This document shows, piece after piece, positions 1-8,523 of a DNA stretch of 24,338 nucleotides (positions within the stretch are counted from its first letter, which is position 1; every line of letters starts with the position of its first letter). The notes beneath the pieces are model-generated. The model did not search any database, had not been told where the DNA came from, and saw only the letters and a program-made list of their open reading frames with translations. The position numbers and the translations under genes were made by a program. This DNA comes from Planctomycetota bacterium. GTDB lineage: Bacteria; Planctomycetota; Phycisphaerae; Phycisphaerales; SM1A02. The stretch spans positions 1 to 24,338 of the forward strand of contig JBJOHQ010000235.1 of NCBI GenBank assembly GCA_046047595.1. Reading direction: 5' to 3'.

Positions 1-3
1 CAC

Positions 4-747
4 TCACGCTGTCCAGCCGCCGTCGATCACATGAATCGCGCCTGTCGTGTAACTCGACTCATCGCTTGCGAGATAGACCGCGAGCGACGCGATCTCCTCG
101 GCGGTGCCGAGGCGGCCCATCGGTTGCCGCGCGATGAAGGCCGCGCGCGCGGCCGTGGGATCGGCGTTCTGATTGATACGGCCTTGCAAACTCGGCGTTT
201 CCACCGTGCCTGGGCAAATCGCGTTCACACGAATGCCGTGCGTGACGGTGTCGGCCGCGACAGCCTTCGTGAGGCCGATCAGCGCCGCTTTCGTCGCGCT
301 GTACGCCGCGCGATTCGGTACGCCGCGGATACTCGACGCAACGCTCGCAATCGACACGATGCTGCCGCGCTTTCGCTCCATCATGCCTGGCAAAAACGCA
401 TGCAACATGCGGTAGACGCTCTTCACGTTGAGATCAAACGAGAAGTCCCACGACTTCTCGTCGCACTCGAGCACGGCGCCTTGGTGCACGAATCCGGCCG
501 CATTGAGCAGAACATCGATGGCACCCGCATCGGCTGCGGCGGTGCGCACCGCGGCGAAGTCGCGCACATCAAGTCGTGCGACGCGAATCGACGCGTGTTC
601 AGCGGCGAGCGTCGCGAGGCCATGCTCGTCGATGTCGGTCGCGATCACGGTTGCACCTTCGCGCGCAAATGCGATGGCACTCGCGCGACCAATACCCGCA
701 GCGGCAGCCGTGACGAATGCATGCTTGCCATGGAGACGACCACTCAT
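4..747 (-). CDS. SDR oxidoreductase, 2-keto-3-deoxy-L-fuconate dehydrogenase / BDH2-like (247 aa)
   Basis: Start moved to MSGRLHGK (ATG at 747, ATGA overlap with upstream stop, GGGAG SD). TAAAAGIG Rossmann motif, YSATK catalytic motif, ICPGTVETPSL; directly downstream of fuconate dehydratase. Confidence 0.85.
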   Translation of the reverse strand: MSGRLHGKHAFVTAAAAGIGRASAIAFAREGATVIATDIDEHGLATLAAEHASIRVARLDVRDFAAVRTAAADAGAIDVLLNAAGFVHQGAVLECDEKSWDFSFDLNVKSVYRMLHAFLPGMMERKRGSIVSIASVASSIRGVPNRAAYSATKAALIGLTKAVAADTVTHGIRVNAICPGTVETPSLQGRINQNADPTAARAAFIARQPMGRLGTAEEIASLAVYLASDESSYTTGAIHVIDGGWTA

Positions 748-2150
748 CGCGCAACTCCCTTTGCTGTGCGCGTTCCTGCGCGCTTGATCCACTCTGGTCC
801 ATCTGGGAAGCGGAACGCGTCGATCGACGCGCGCTTCACTTCGCCTGAATATCCAGGCAATTGCGGCGCGAGATAGCGGCCGCCCTTCACCACACACGGA
901 TCCACGAAGTGCTCGTGGAGGTGATCGACGAACTCACACACGCGGCCATCCATCGTCGGGTTGAAACGGACGTAGTCGACGAGAATCAAGTGTGCGACGA
1001 ACTCGCAGAGCCCGACGCCGCCTGCATGTGGACAGACGGGAACACCGAAGCGCCGCGCAAGCGCCATGATCGCGAGATTGTCGTTCACGCCGCCAACGCG
1101 GCATGAATCGAGTTGGCAGATTTGCATGCCGCCTGACGCAAGAAACTGCTTGAACATCACGCGATTCTGGCATTGTTCGCCAGTCGCGACGCGAATCGGT
1201 TGAATCGCGCGCGCAATCTCGGCGTGGCCGAGGATGTCGTCTGGCGAGATCGGCTCTTCAAACCACCAGAGGTTGAACGGCGCGAGTGGCTTGATCCAGT
1301 CAATCGCCTGCGCGACATCGAAGCGCTGATTCGCGTCGACCATGAGCACGCGATCAGGGCCGATTTCCTCGCGAATGATGCGCGCGCGACGCACATCGTC
1401 TTCGATCGATTGACCAATCTTCATCTTGAAATGCGTGAAACCATCGCGAATACCTTCGCGGCAGCGCGCGCGCACGGTGTCGTCCGAGTAGCCGATCCAT
1501 CCGCAGCTCGTGGTGTACGCGGGGAAACCTTCGCGCTCGACGCGCGCGATCCGCTCGGCGCGCGTCGCGTCATTCGCCTTCAACATCGCAAGGCATGCGG
1601 CTTCATCGACGGCATCGCGAATGCCGTGAAAGTCGATCGCGGCAACGAGTTCCTCCGCAGGCATGTCGGCGAGCAAACGCCAGAGTGGCTTGCCCGCGGC
1701 GCGCGCTTCGAGATCCCACACAGCATTGACGATCGCGGCAACCGCGAGTGCCATCACGCCCTTCTCAGGGCCAAGCCAGCGGAATTGCGAGTCCTGCGCG
1801 AGCGAGCGCCAAAACGCGCGGCGATTCTCGCGAATCTCACCGAGTGTCTTGCCAACCAGAAACGGCATCATCGAGCGAATCGCTTGGCAGACGATTTCGT
1901 TGCCGCGTCCGATGGTGAAGGTGAGTCCGTGGCCCTCGCGCGCGATCGCGTCGCCCGCATCGGTGCGAAGAACGACGTACGCGGCGGAGTAGTCGGGGTC
2001 GACGTGCACCGCGTCAGAACCGTGCGCTTCTTCACTGGTTGGGAAGCGAAGATCGACGATTTCAAAGTCGATAATTTTGACGTCGATCATTTTGACGTCG
2101 CCGATTTTGGTGTTGAGAGTCTTCACGTCGGTGTTGGTCGTGGACTGCAT
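744..2150 (-). CDS. fucD: L-fuconate dehydratase (enolase superfamily, mandelate racemase subgroup, ENOSF1-like)
   Basis: DLRFPTS..GSDAVHVDPDYSAAYV N-terminus, KMK motif, metal ligands MVDAN / WFEEP / ATGEQ, VCPHAGG, EFVDHLHEHF. True start may be 2150 or 2090. Confidence 0.9.
   Translation of the reverse strand: MQSTTNTDVKTLNTKIGDVKMIDVKIIDFEIVDLRFPTSEEAHGSDAVHVDPDYSAAYVVLRTDAGDAIAREGHGLTFTIGRGNEIVCQAIRSMMPFLVGKTLGEIRENRRAFWRSLAQDSQFRWLGPEKGVMALAVAAIVNAVWDLEARAAGKPLWRLLADMPAEELVAAIDFHGIRDAVDEAACLAMLKANDATRAERIARVEREGFPAYTTSCGWIGYSDDTVRARCREGIRDGFTHFKMKIGQSIEDDVRRARIIREEIGPDRVLMVDANQRFDVAQAIDWIKPLAPFNLWWFEEPISPDDILGHAEIARAIQPIRVATGEQCQNRVMFKQFLASGGMQICQLDSCRVGGVNDNLAIMALARRFGVPVCPHAGGVGLCEFVAHLILVDYVRFNPTMDGRVCEFVDHLHEHFVDPCVVKGGRYLAPQLPGYSGEVKRASIDAFRFPDGPEWIKRAGTRTAKGVAR
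2059..2100 (-). repeat. In-frame 15-bp degenerate tandem repeat at the FucD N-terminus
   Basis: ATTTTGACGTCG at 2074-2085 and 2089-2100 (period 15); peptide GDVKM-IDVKI-IDFEI. Confidence 0.7.
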
Positions 2151-2165
2151 GAATGTTCGTCGTTC

Positions 2166-3212
2166 TTAGTGATGAAGTTCGGGCACGCGTTCGCCGCCCG
2201 ACGCGCTCTTGTAACACGTCTCGACAAGTGCCATCGTGCGCCACGCGTCGTCGAAATTGCATTGCGATGGATCGCGGCCCTCGCTCGCGGCATCAAGCAC
2301 CGCGCGCATTGAGCCTGCGAATGCGTGCGGAAACCAATTTCCCGCGATTGGGGCATCGCGCCAAGGGCCTCCGTCTGCGCTCCACGTGAGCGTGTCTGGG
2401 CGACCCCGTGGATAGTCGAGATTCACGCCAAGTCGCGCGACGGCGCTGCCGCGCGTGCCTTCGACGCGTACGTGTGAAGCATCGTGACCCTCGGGAGCTG
2501 CGTGATGGTGGTAGGTGGTGACGACCGCGCGTTTGGGCGACCCGCGAGACTCGTATGCCAAGATCGACGTGCTGCGCGCATCAGCGATCTCTTGCGCCGC
2601 AGGATGCGAGCCGGCCCACGACCAAACCCGCGTCGGCTCGCCAAGCAGCGCACGGCAAAGATCGAGGTAGTGAATCGAATGCATGAGAATCTCCATCCGC
2701 GGCATTCCTGCGAGAAATGGCCACGTTTCCCACGGCATTCGGCACACGACACGGATTTCGAGGTCGACGATCTCGCCAATCGCGCCCGACGCAATGAGTT
2801 GTCGTAGCGCAACAATCACAGGCGCATGACGAAGTTGGAAGTTCACGGCACCGCGAATGCCGCGTTCTGCCAAGAGCGCACGAAGCGCGCTTGCTTCTTC
2901 CAAGGTGCGGCCAAACGGCTTTTGTAGAAGGACCGTTGTTCCTTGAGGAATGTGCGCAACCGTTGAAGCGACCGCTTGCGGAGGCAACGCGATGTCGAGG
3001 ACGCCGTTCGCGTGTGCGCAAGCATCAAGCGCCGCCGCGAGCGTTGGAAATGCAACGGCTCCTGGACAGAGCGCCGCGAGCGCGTGCGCGCGATCTTGAT
3101 CGAGATCGAAAAATCCGCCGATCGAGATCCCTGCTTCGCGATACGCGGGCACGTGCGCATCGCGCACGATCGAGCCAGCGCCGAGGATGAACGTGGGCCG
3201 CTGGCTCACCAT
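2166..3212 (-). CDS. Gfo/Idh/MocA family oxidoreductase (348 aa)
   Basis: Start at MVSQRPT (3212). GAGSIV dinucleotide-binding motif, QKP variant of EKP, VNFQLRHAP, MHSIHYLD; first gene of the fuconate operon. Confidence 0.85.
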   Translation of the reverse strand: MVSQRPTFILGAGSIVRDAHVPAYREAGISIGGFFDLDQDRAHALAALCPGAVAFPTLAAALDACAHANGVLDIALPPQAVASTVAHIPQGTTVLLQKPFGRTLEEASALRALLAERGIRGAVNFQLRHAPVIVALRQLIASGAIGEIVDLEIRVVCRMPWETWPFLAGMPRMEILMHSIHYLDLCRALLGEPTRVWSWAGSHPAAQEIADARSTSILAYESRGSPKRAVVTTYHHHAAPEGHDASHVRVEGTRGSAVARLGVNLDYPRGRPDTLTWSADGGPWRDAPIAGNWFPHAFAGSMRAVLDAASEGRDPSQCNFDDAWRTMALVETCYKSASGGERVPELHH

Positions 3213-3221
3213 GGGCTGCGC

Positions 3222-3227
3222 AGAATA
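3222..3227 (-). promoter_or_regulatory. Candidate -10 box TATTCT, 9 nt before ATG 3212
   Basis: cgc-TATTCT-gcgcagccc-ATG; no SD visible. Confidence 0.4.
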
Positions 3228-3255
3228 GCGCAGTCGGCAGGATGATTCGCTTTCA

Positions 3256-3966
3256 TCAGCGTCGTCGACGGACGAGTAAACCGCCGAGCCCGAGCACAGC
3301 GAGCGCACCTGGCGATGGGACCGCGTATGCACCTCGGACCTTCACGCTTTCGCCAAGAAGTTGCGGAGTCAAACTCGTGAAGTCCCACGCGAAGCGGAAG
3401 ACTTGCGAGAGACCGGAGTTTGTCGGAGGGGTCGGAGGCATCCAGTTGAGGACAAGCCCTTCGGAGAGCTCCGCGGGAAGCCACTCGTTGAACGAGCATG
3501 TCCCACGCGCGTTGTTGGCTTGCGCCGTGGTGAGCGCGGTGACGCCCGTTGTCGCGGACTCTGCGTTGATCAGCGCAATCAACTGATTGAGCGTGGAGCT
3601 CGACGCGCCGTAATCGATGTCGAGGACCGTGAAGTTCCCGCTGTAGTAGAGCGGGTTGTAGGTGTAGTTGAAGAACTGGAACTCAAGGAACCCCTTTGCG
3701 ATTCCGTTCGATTGCGAGCCAGCGAGTGTCACGCAGCCGTTGACCGCGCAATCGCCGCTGGGAAGCGAGACGAATGGTGACGCGCCGAGTTGTTCGAATC
3801 CAGCTTCCGTGAGGTCGCTGGCGCTCGCGCGAGTCTGCACGAAGGTGTTTGTGAGCTCGGCGGAAGCTGAAGAAGCCGCAACAAGGGCCACAACAACCGA
3901 GGACACACGCAGCGAGGCCGCACCCACGCAAGTCAAACGAGCGGGGATGGAAGTACACGTACGCAT
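3256..3966 (-). CDS. PEP-CTERM-type exported protein (236 aa), unknown body domain
   Basis: GGAG SD before ATG 3966; signal peptide ending AASSASA; C-terminal VPSPGALAVLGLGGLLVRRRR. Confidence 0.85.
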   Translation of the reverse strand: MRTCTSIPARLTCVGAASLRVSSVVVALVAASSASAELTNTFVQTRASASDLTEAGFEQLGASPFVSLPSGDCAVNGCVTLAGSQSNGIAKGFLEFQFFNYTYNPLYYSGNFTVLDIDYGASSSTLNQLIALINAESATTGVTALTTAQANNARGTCSFNEWLPAELSEGLVLNWMPPTPPTNSGLSQVFRFAWDFTSLTPQLLGESVKVRGAYAVPSPGALAVLGLGGLLVRRRR

Positions 3967-4475
3967 GGGGGGCTTTCTCCTTGGCGGGCGAGGGGACTCT
4001 GGGCTCTTGAAGAGGCTGGCTCTGTGCACATGCGGAGCGGCTTTTCGCCACAACAGCATGCGACCCAACTTCATCTCCGCGTCGCAATCCGCGGAAGCCT
4101 TCGACGAAGGACTCTTCGTGACGACCAACATTGGTTCTGCACGCCGGAGCGGACTCCCTCCGTTGAGGCTCCAAGGAACCTCACAAGACGAGCCAAGGCC
4201 CGTTGGAGAAGACTCCGGCACAGCGTGACAGCAGCCAAACTGCAACTCAAACAGGTCCGTGCGGAACGACGCAACGCACCTACAAGAGCCGATGCGTAAT
4301 CCGACCGCAAAACCTGTCACGAAGTTCCGAAAATGTTCCGTGTGGGACCTTCGCCCGAGGCGAATCGACGTGCGCGTTCGACTTCTGTTGACCGCGGCGG
4401 TTGAAGAAGTCTCGGCGGCATCGCGACTTGCGAGGCAACTCAACCCTGAGGCCGTCCCGTGCCGATGACCCACCC

Positions 4476-5174
4476 ATGACTCGGATCGCTCTGTCATCGT
4501 GCGCCATTCTTCTCGCGAGCCAACTGTCGGCTTGCTCGACGCCTCCTACTTCGGAGGCCCCGATCACGGAACCCGAGATTACAGAACCCACGGGTATGAA
4601 CCTTGTCGCAACCGCGCAGCCACCTCTGCCGCCCCTCGCGCAACCCGTCAGTGACGCGGAACTCGCCCGCGAGTTCAACAACATCCATTCGAACGGCGCG
4701 GTGTACTTCTCCGGTTGGCCGACGGAAGCGGGCCTGCGCGCGCTCGCTGCTCGTGGGGTCAAGCGCATCATCGCCCTGAAAACGCCCGACGAGACGATCG
4801 CGGCGCGTGGCTACGACCCACGCAAAGTTGCGAAGGAACTTGGGATCACGCTCGTAGAGATGCCTGTGAGCGCCGAGACGCTTTCGGACGCGTACATTGA
4901 CAAACTCACGCGCGAGATCGATCGCGATGGCGGGCCGACGCTCATCTATTGCGGTGGTTCAGCGACGAGCGGAATGGTGTGGGGCTCGTATCTCGCGAAG
5001 TCGAAAGACGCGTCCGCCACAGATGCGATGGCACAAGCGCGCGCCGCGGGTTTGAAGGATGGCCCACTTGCCGACGCTGCGCAGAAGTACATCAACGCGA
5101 CGGTATCGGCGAGAGCGGCTGCAGGAGCACCCGCAGGAGCACCTGAGAAAGCCGGTTCAAACGCGGAGAAGTAA
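4476..5174 (+). CDS. Lipoprotein with DUF442 / tyrosine-phosphatase-like domain and degenerate P-loop (232 aa)
   Basis: Lipobox LSAC at residues 17-20 and Pro/Thr/Glu linker. YFSGWPTEAGLRALAARGVKRIIALK and TLIYCGGSATSG match the DUF442/PTP-like pattern by eye. Confidence 0.72.
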   Translation: MTRIALSSCAILLASQLSACSTPPTSEAPITEPEITEPTGMNLVATAQPPLPPLAQPVSDAELAREFNNIHSNGAVYFSGWPTEAGLRALAARGVKRIIALKTPDETIAARGYDPRKVAKELGITLVEMPVSAETLSDAYIDKLTREIDRDGGPTLIYCGGSATSGMVWGSYLAKSKDASATDAMAQARAAGLKDGPLADAAQKYINATVSARAAAGAPAGAPEKAGSNAEK

Positions 5175-5189
5175 TCCGCCGCTGCTTCG

Positions 5190-5780
5190 TCAATAGAGCC
5201 AGAGGAAGGTCGGCAGAATGCCTTGCGTGTGTCCCTCTTCGATCGCTTGCGCTCCGAGGAAAACCAACGGGATCAGCGACGCCTCAAACATGGTGCGCGT
5301 GAAGACGCGCGTATTGACGACCAGCGAATCTGTGACTTGGTATGCACGGAATCGCGGGAGGAAACGCGGGACGCGAGCCATGTACGCATCGAAATCGCTT
5401 CCGAAGAGGCTTCGCAGGTGGACTTCTTCGAGTTTGATCGTGGGCCAATGTGTCGCGAAGAACACGATGCCAAACAGTGCGGCGAGCGTCAGCGATTCGA
5501 AGCTCAGCCCCGCGCCGATGAACGCGAGGAAACTGAAGAAGTAAAGCGGGTTTCGCGTAAGGGAATAGGGGCCGCAATCGACGAGTGTTTCGTTCTTACG
5601 GCCAGCGATGTAGAGCGCACACCAAATGCGGCCAGCACATCCGGTGATCAAAAGCGCGTAACCGATTGAGGCGAGAACACCATCAACTGCACCGTGCTCA
5701 TCCCACGCGTGCTGCGCAAACAGAGCAAGCCCAACCACTGCGCCGAGCGCAAGTCGTGACACCGTGAGGCGAACATTCAT
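5190..5780 (-). CDS. Isoprenylcysteine carboxylmethyltransferase (ICMT/PEMT) family membrane protein (196 aa)
   Basis: LV..GPYSLTRNPLY motif, EE..L...FG..F..Y...VPRF motif, hydrophobic segments. Start 5780 preferred over 5804 because of the upstream -10 box. Confidence 0.85.
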   Translation of the reverse strand: MNVRLTVSRLALGAVVGLALFAQHAWDEHGAVDGVLASIGYALLITGCAGRIWCALYIAGRKNETLVDCGPYSLTRNPLYFFSFLAFIGAGLSFESLTLAALFGIVFFATHWPTIKLEEVHLRSLFGSDFDAYMARVPRFLPRFRAYQVTDSLVVNTRVFTRTMFEASLIPLVFLGAQAIEEGHTQGILPTFLWLY

Positions 5781-5786
5781 ATGCAC

Positions 5787-5792
5787 AGCATA
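5787..5792 (-). promoter_or_regulatory. Candidate -10 box TATGCT, 6 nt before ATG 5780
   Basis: cac-TATGCT-gtgcat-ATG. Confidence 0.6.
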
Positions 5793-5843
5793 GTGCGTAC
5801 GCATGAAGATGCCAACAGAAAAGCCGCATCCAAGTGCGCCGCT

Positions 5844-8480
5844 TCACGGTGTCGGAGAGTTCGCGGGCGTCGCAGCTGGTGACGCCGCGGGCAATTGAAC
5901 CACGACCTCTGCGGGGAAAATCGCGCTCGGATCACTGCGCTCAGCGAGCGTCTTCGCCATCGTCCCAATGGTTGCGGGAACGACGCCCTCGAAGAGCGTC
6001 GCGCCGCCGAGATCGGGGCCCGCCTTCACGATCACGGGCTTCGCGAGATCGACCATTGAGCCGTCGAGTCGGATCGCGAGTTTCGTCACGCCCGTCGCTT
6101 CGAGAATCGTAATCGTCTGCCCTTTGCGCTCTGCAACGACGCGCTGGCCGCCCTTTGGTTCAGGGTTCGCAAGCCAGTAGAAGCGGGGGCTCGTCACATC
6201 GTCTTGCAACCAAACAATGCGTTCTGGCCGCAGATTCCGCGAGAATTTCGCCATCCACGGCACGGCAACCGCGTCTTTGCGATCCATCCAGTGGCCGTTC
6301 TCTTCGTAGATCGTGACCTCGTGCGTGTAACCGCCGGGATCCTTCGCCGCGAGATCCGCGAGCGTCGTCTTCCACGAACGTGCGATGTCGTTGCGACTGA
6401 AGGCGGCATCTTTGCCGCCCATATAGAGCGCAAAGGGAATGTTGCGGAGTCCGTCAGGACGCGTTTCGTTCGGATGGCCTGCCATCATTGCGGCGGCCGC
6501 GAACGAGTCCGCCATACGCGGCGCGAGTTGATAGACACCGTCGCCGCCTGCGCTGTATCCCATCAGATACACGCGATTTGGATCGACATCTTCAAAGACG
6601 ATCATGTCGCGAATGAGTTCGCGGAAGAGTTCATCGATGTGACTTTGGTGCCATAAGTTCCACGTGTCGGTTGGCGCGCGCGGTGCGACATACACGCCTT
6701 CTTCGGGCTTGTAGAGACGCTTTTGATTCTCCCATTGTTGGGTGTTCACTTGCGGAGGCGCGCCGCCGCCGCCGTGCATCGAGATGTACAGGCTGCGGCC
6801 CGTCTTCGGCTTCTCGCCGTAGACCGCGTACCAGAACGGCATCTTCGTTCCATCCGCGGCAACAAGTGTCTTCGATTCGAATTCCTTCTGATCGTTCCGG
6901 CGGACCTCAGATTCGAGCGCCTTCGTCAGCAGTGTCGTCACGCGCTCGAGTTCCTTCGAAGTCGGCGCTGCGTCGATCGGGGTTGATGCGAACGGCTGCG
7001 CAGCAACATCGGCGACACTGCCGTCCTTGAGGAAGGCTTGCAGGCTCTTGATGCTCGCGGCTGCGTTTGGCTTTTCGCTCTTCTCATCGCCGCGCGCAGA
7101 AGGCGCGAGGACTTCCGCAGGCATGAACGACGCGTCGATGAAGAAGTCGGAGTCGTCGAAAACAGCAGAAAATCGGCCAGAAACGGCGCCCGGCGCCGTG
7201 TTGGGCGCCGTGTTGGAAGCAGGCGTGGAAGCAGGCGTGGAAGCAGGCGTGGAGGTAGGTTTGGTCGTCGGCGCTTCGAGAATCACCTCGCGAATTTCAC
7301 CACCTGATCGCACGAACGAAGCCTTCTCGACGAGCACGCCGTCGATCGCGAACGCGATCATGCCTTCCTTCGGCACGATGAGTTCAAGATGGTCGTTGAG
7401 ATCGAAGCGTTCGTCCTTCGAAACGCCCTTCGCAACTGCGCCACTTGCTTCATCGCGCGCCTCGACCGCACGCGAAACACGCAACTTCGTTTGCGGATCG
7501 CGCACCGAAATACGCATGACTTGCATGCCTTCAGGAATCGCAGCGGCCTGGCCCGCGTAGCGATCGGTCACATCAACGGCGCGTGCGCGCGGTCGCGATG
7601 GATCGAAGACGAAGGGGAAATCAACGCCCGTGTCACGCCACGTCACAGCGTAAATCGCGTGCTCAGGCTTCGAGCGGTTCTGACCGCTCGCACGGCCGCT
7701 GAACCAACCTTGATCGAGTTCATCACCCGTCGGTTCTGCAGCACCCGTGTAGCGCCAACGCGTTCCATCCCAAATTTCAATCCATGAGTGATTGCCTGAG
7801 CCGTCGGTCCACATTGGAACACCCACGAATCGCGCAGGAATTCCAACGGATCGGCAGGCATCGATGAGGAGGATCGAGAGGCCTGAGCACGAGGCAAGCC
7901 CCGAGTCGATCGACTCGCTGGGCGATTGATCGGCGCGCTTGCGCTTCGTCGAGTACTTCACGTTGAACTCGGGGAAGATGCGCTGATTGAGCCGCGCGGC
8001 GGCGAGTGCTGGATCGCGCAAGCCTTCCACCATCGGCAGGCACTTCGGGCGAAGCAAAGGCATCCAAAGTTCGCGCTTCTCGCTCACGCTCGCGTAGGGC
8101 AAAATCGCGTCGAAGTACGTCGCTTCATCGACCATCGCGCTCCATGGCGCAGATTTCCACGCGTTGTACGCGCCGTCGACATGCGTCAAGAGAAAGACGG
8201 CCTTCAGTTCGCGCAGGTCCGCCTCGGGCATATGCGCGATCAGCCACTCAAGCGATGCACGCTGTGCATCGGGTACGCCCTCGAGCGCCTTCTCGAGTTC
8301 TGCGCGATTGGCGCCCGCTGCTTCGAGCGCGCGCGAGAGGCCCAACGCCGCAGGCGACGTCAGCGCATCACGCTCTGCGGGCGTCGACACGAAGAAGTCG
8401 GTACTCGCGTGCGTTGAAGCCGCGAGCAAGATCGGAGAAGCGACAGAGAGAAATGCGCAAACAGTGGGGACGATTCGCAT
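5844..8480 (-). CDS. Secreted transglutaminase-like domain + alpha/beta hydrolase fusion (878 aa)
   Basis: Signal peptide MRIVPTVCAFLSVASPILLAASTHA. TGase-like ASCSGLS and GNHSWIE; hydrolase HGGGG oxyanion loop, GYSAGG nucleophile elbow, GGKD, GHWM. Confidence 0.85.
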   Translation of the reverse strand: MRIVPTVCAFLSVASPILLAASTHASTDFFVSTPAERDALTSPAALGLSRALEAAGANRAELEKALEGVPDAQRASLEWLIAHMPEADLRELKAVFLLTHVDGAYNAWKSAPWSAMVDEATYFDAILPYASVSEKRELWMPLLRPKCLPMVEGLRDPALAAARLNQRIFPEFNVKYSTKRKRADQSPSESIDSGLASCSGLSILLIDACRSVGIPARFVGVPMWTDGSGNHSWIEIWDGTRWRYTGAAEPTGDELDQGWFSGRASGQNRSKPEHAIYAVTWRDTGVDFPFVFDPSRPRARAVDVTDRYAGQAAAIPEGMQVMRISVRDPQTKLRVSRAVEARDEASGAVAKGVSKDERFDLNDHLELIVPKEGMIAFAIDGVLVEKASFVRSGGEIREVILEAPTTKPTSTPASTPASTPASNTAPNTAPGAVSGRFSAVFDDSDFFIDASFMPAEVLAPSARGDEKSEKPNAAASIKSLQAFLKDGSVADVAAQPFASTPIDAAPTSKELERVTTLLTKALESEVRRNDQKEFESKTLVAADGTKMPFWYAVYGEKPKTGRSLYISMHGGGGAPPQVNTQQWENQKRLYKPEEGVYVAPRAPTDTWNLWHQSHIDELFRELIRDMIVFEDVDPNRVYLMGYSAGGDGVYQLAPRMADSFAAAAMMAGHPNETRPDGLRNIPFALYMGGKDAAFSRNDIARSWKTTLADLAAKDPGGYTHEVTIYEENGHWMDRKDAVAVPWMAKFSRNLRPERIVWLQDDVTSPRFYWLANPEPKGGQRVVAERKGQTITILEATGVTKLAIRLDGSMVDLAKPVIVKAGPDLGGATLFEGVVPATIGTMAKTLAERSDPSAIFPAEVVVQLPAASPAATPANSPTP
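7192..7251 (-). repeat. In-frame 12-bp tandem repeats encoding the interdomain linker (PAST x3, NTAP x2)
   Basis: GGCGCCGTGTTG x2 (7192-7215) then GAAGCAGGCGTG x3 (7216-7251) on the + strand. Confidence 0.9.
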
Positions 8481-8486
8481 TCCGCG

Positions 8487-8492
8487 AGTGTA
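8487..8492 (-). promoter_or_regulatory. Candidate -10 box TACACT, 6 nt before ATG 8480
   Basis: gag-TACACT-cgcgga-ATG; no SD. Confidence 0.6.
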
Positions 8493-8523
8493 CTCGTTCG
8501 CGCGCAAATCTCGAAGGCTCACA

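Noticed and set aside
1173-2312. Long antisense or alternate-frame ORFs (also 8006-8893, 13039-13998, 18267-19292, 21985-23265)
   Set aside because: They shadow well-supported genes, are Arg/Ala/Val-rich with no motifs, and are expected in GC-rich DNA where stop codons are scarce.
3967-4497. 177-codon open extension upstream of the first PEP-CTERM gene
   Set aside because: The translation is not protein-like, it overlaps the divergent gene start, and a clear SD plus signal peptide begin at 3966.
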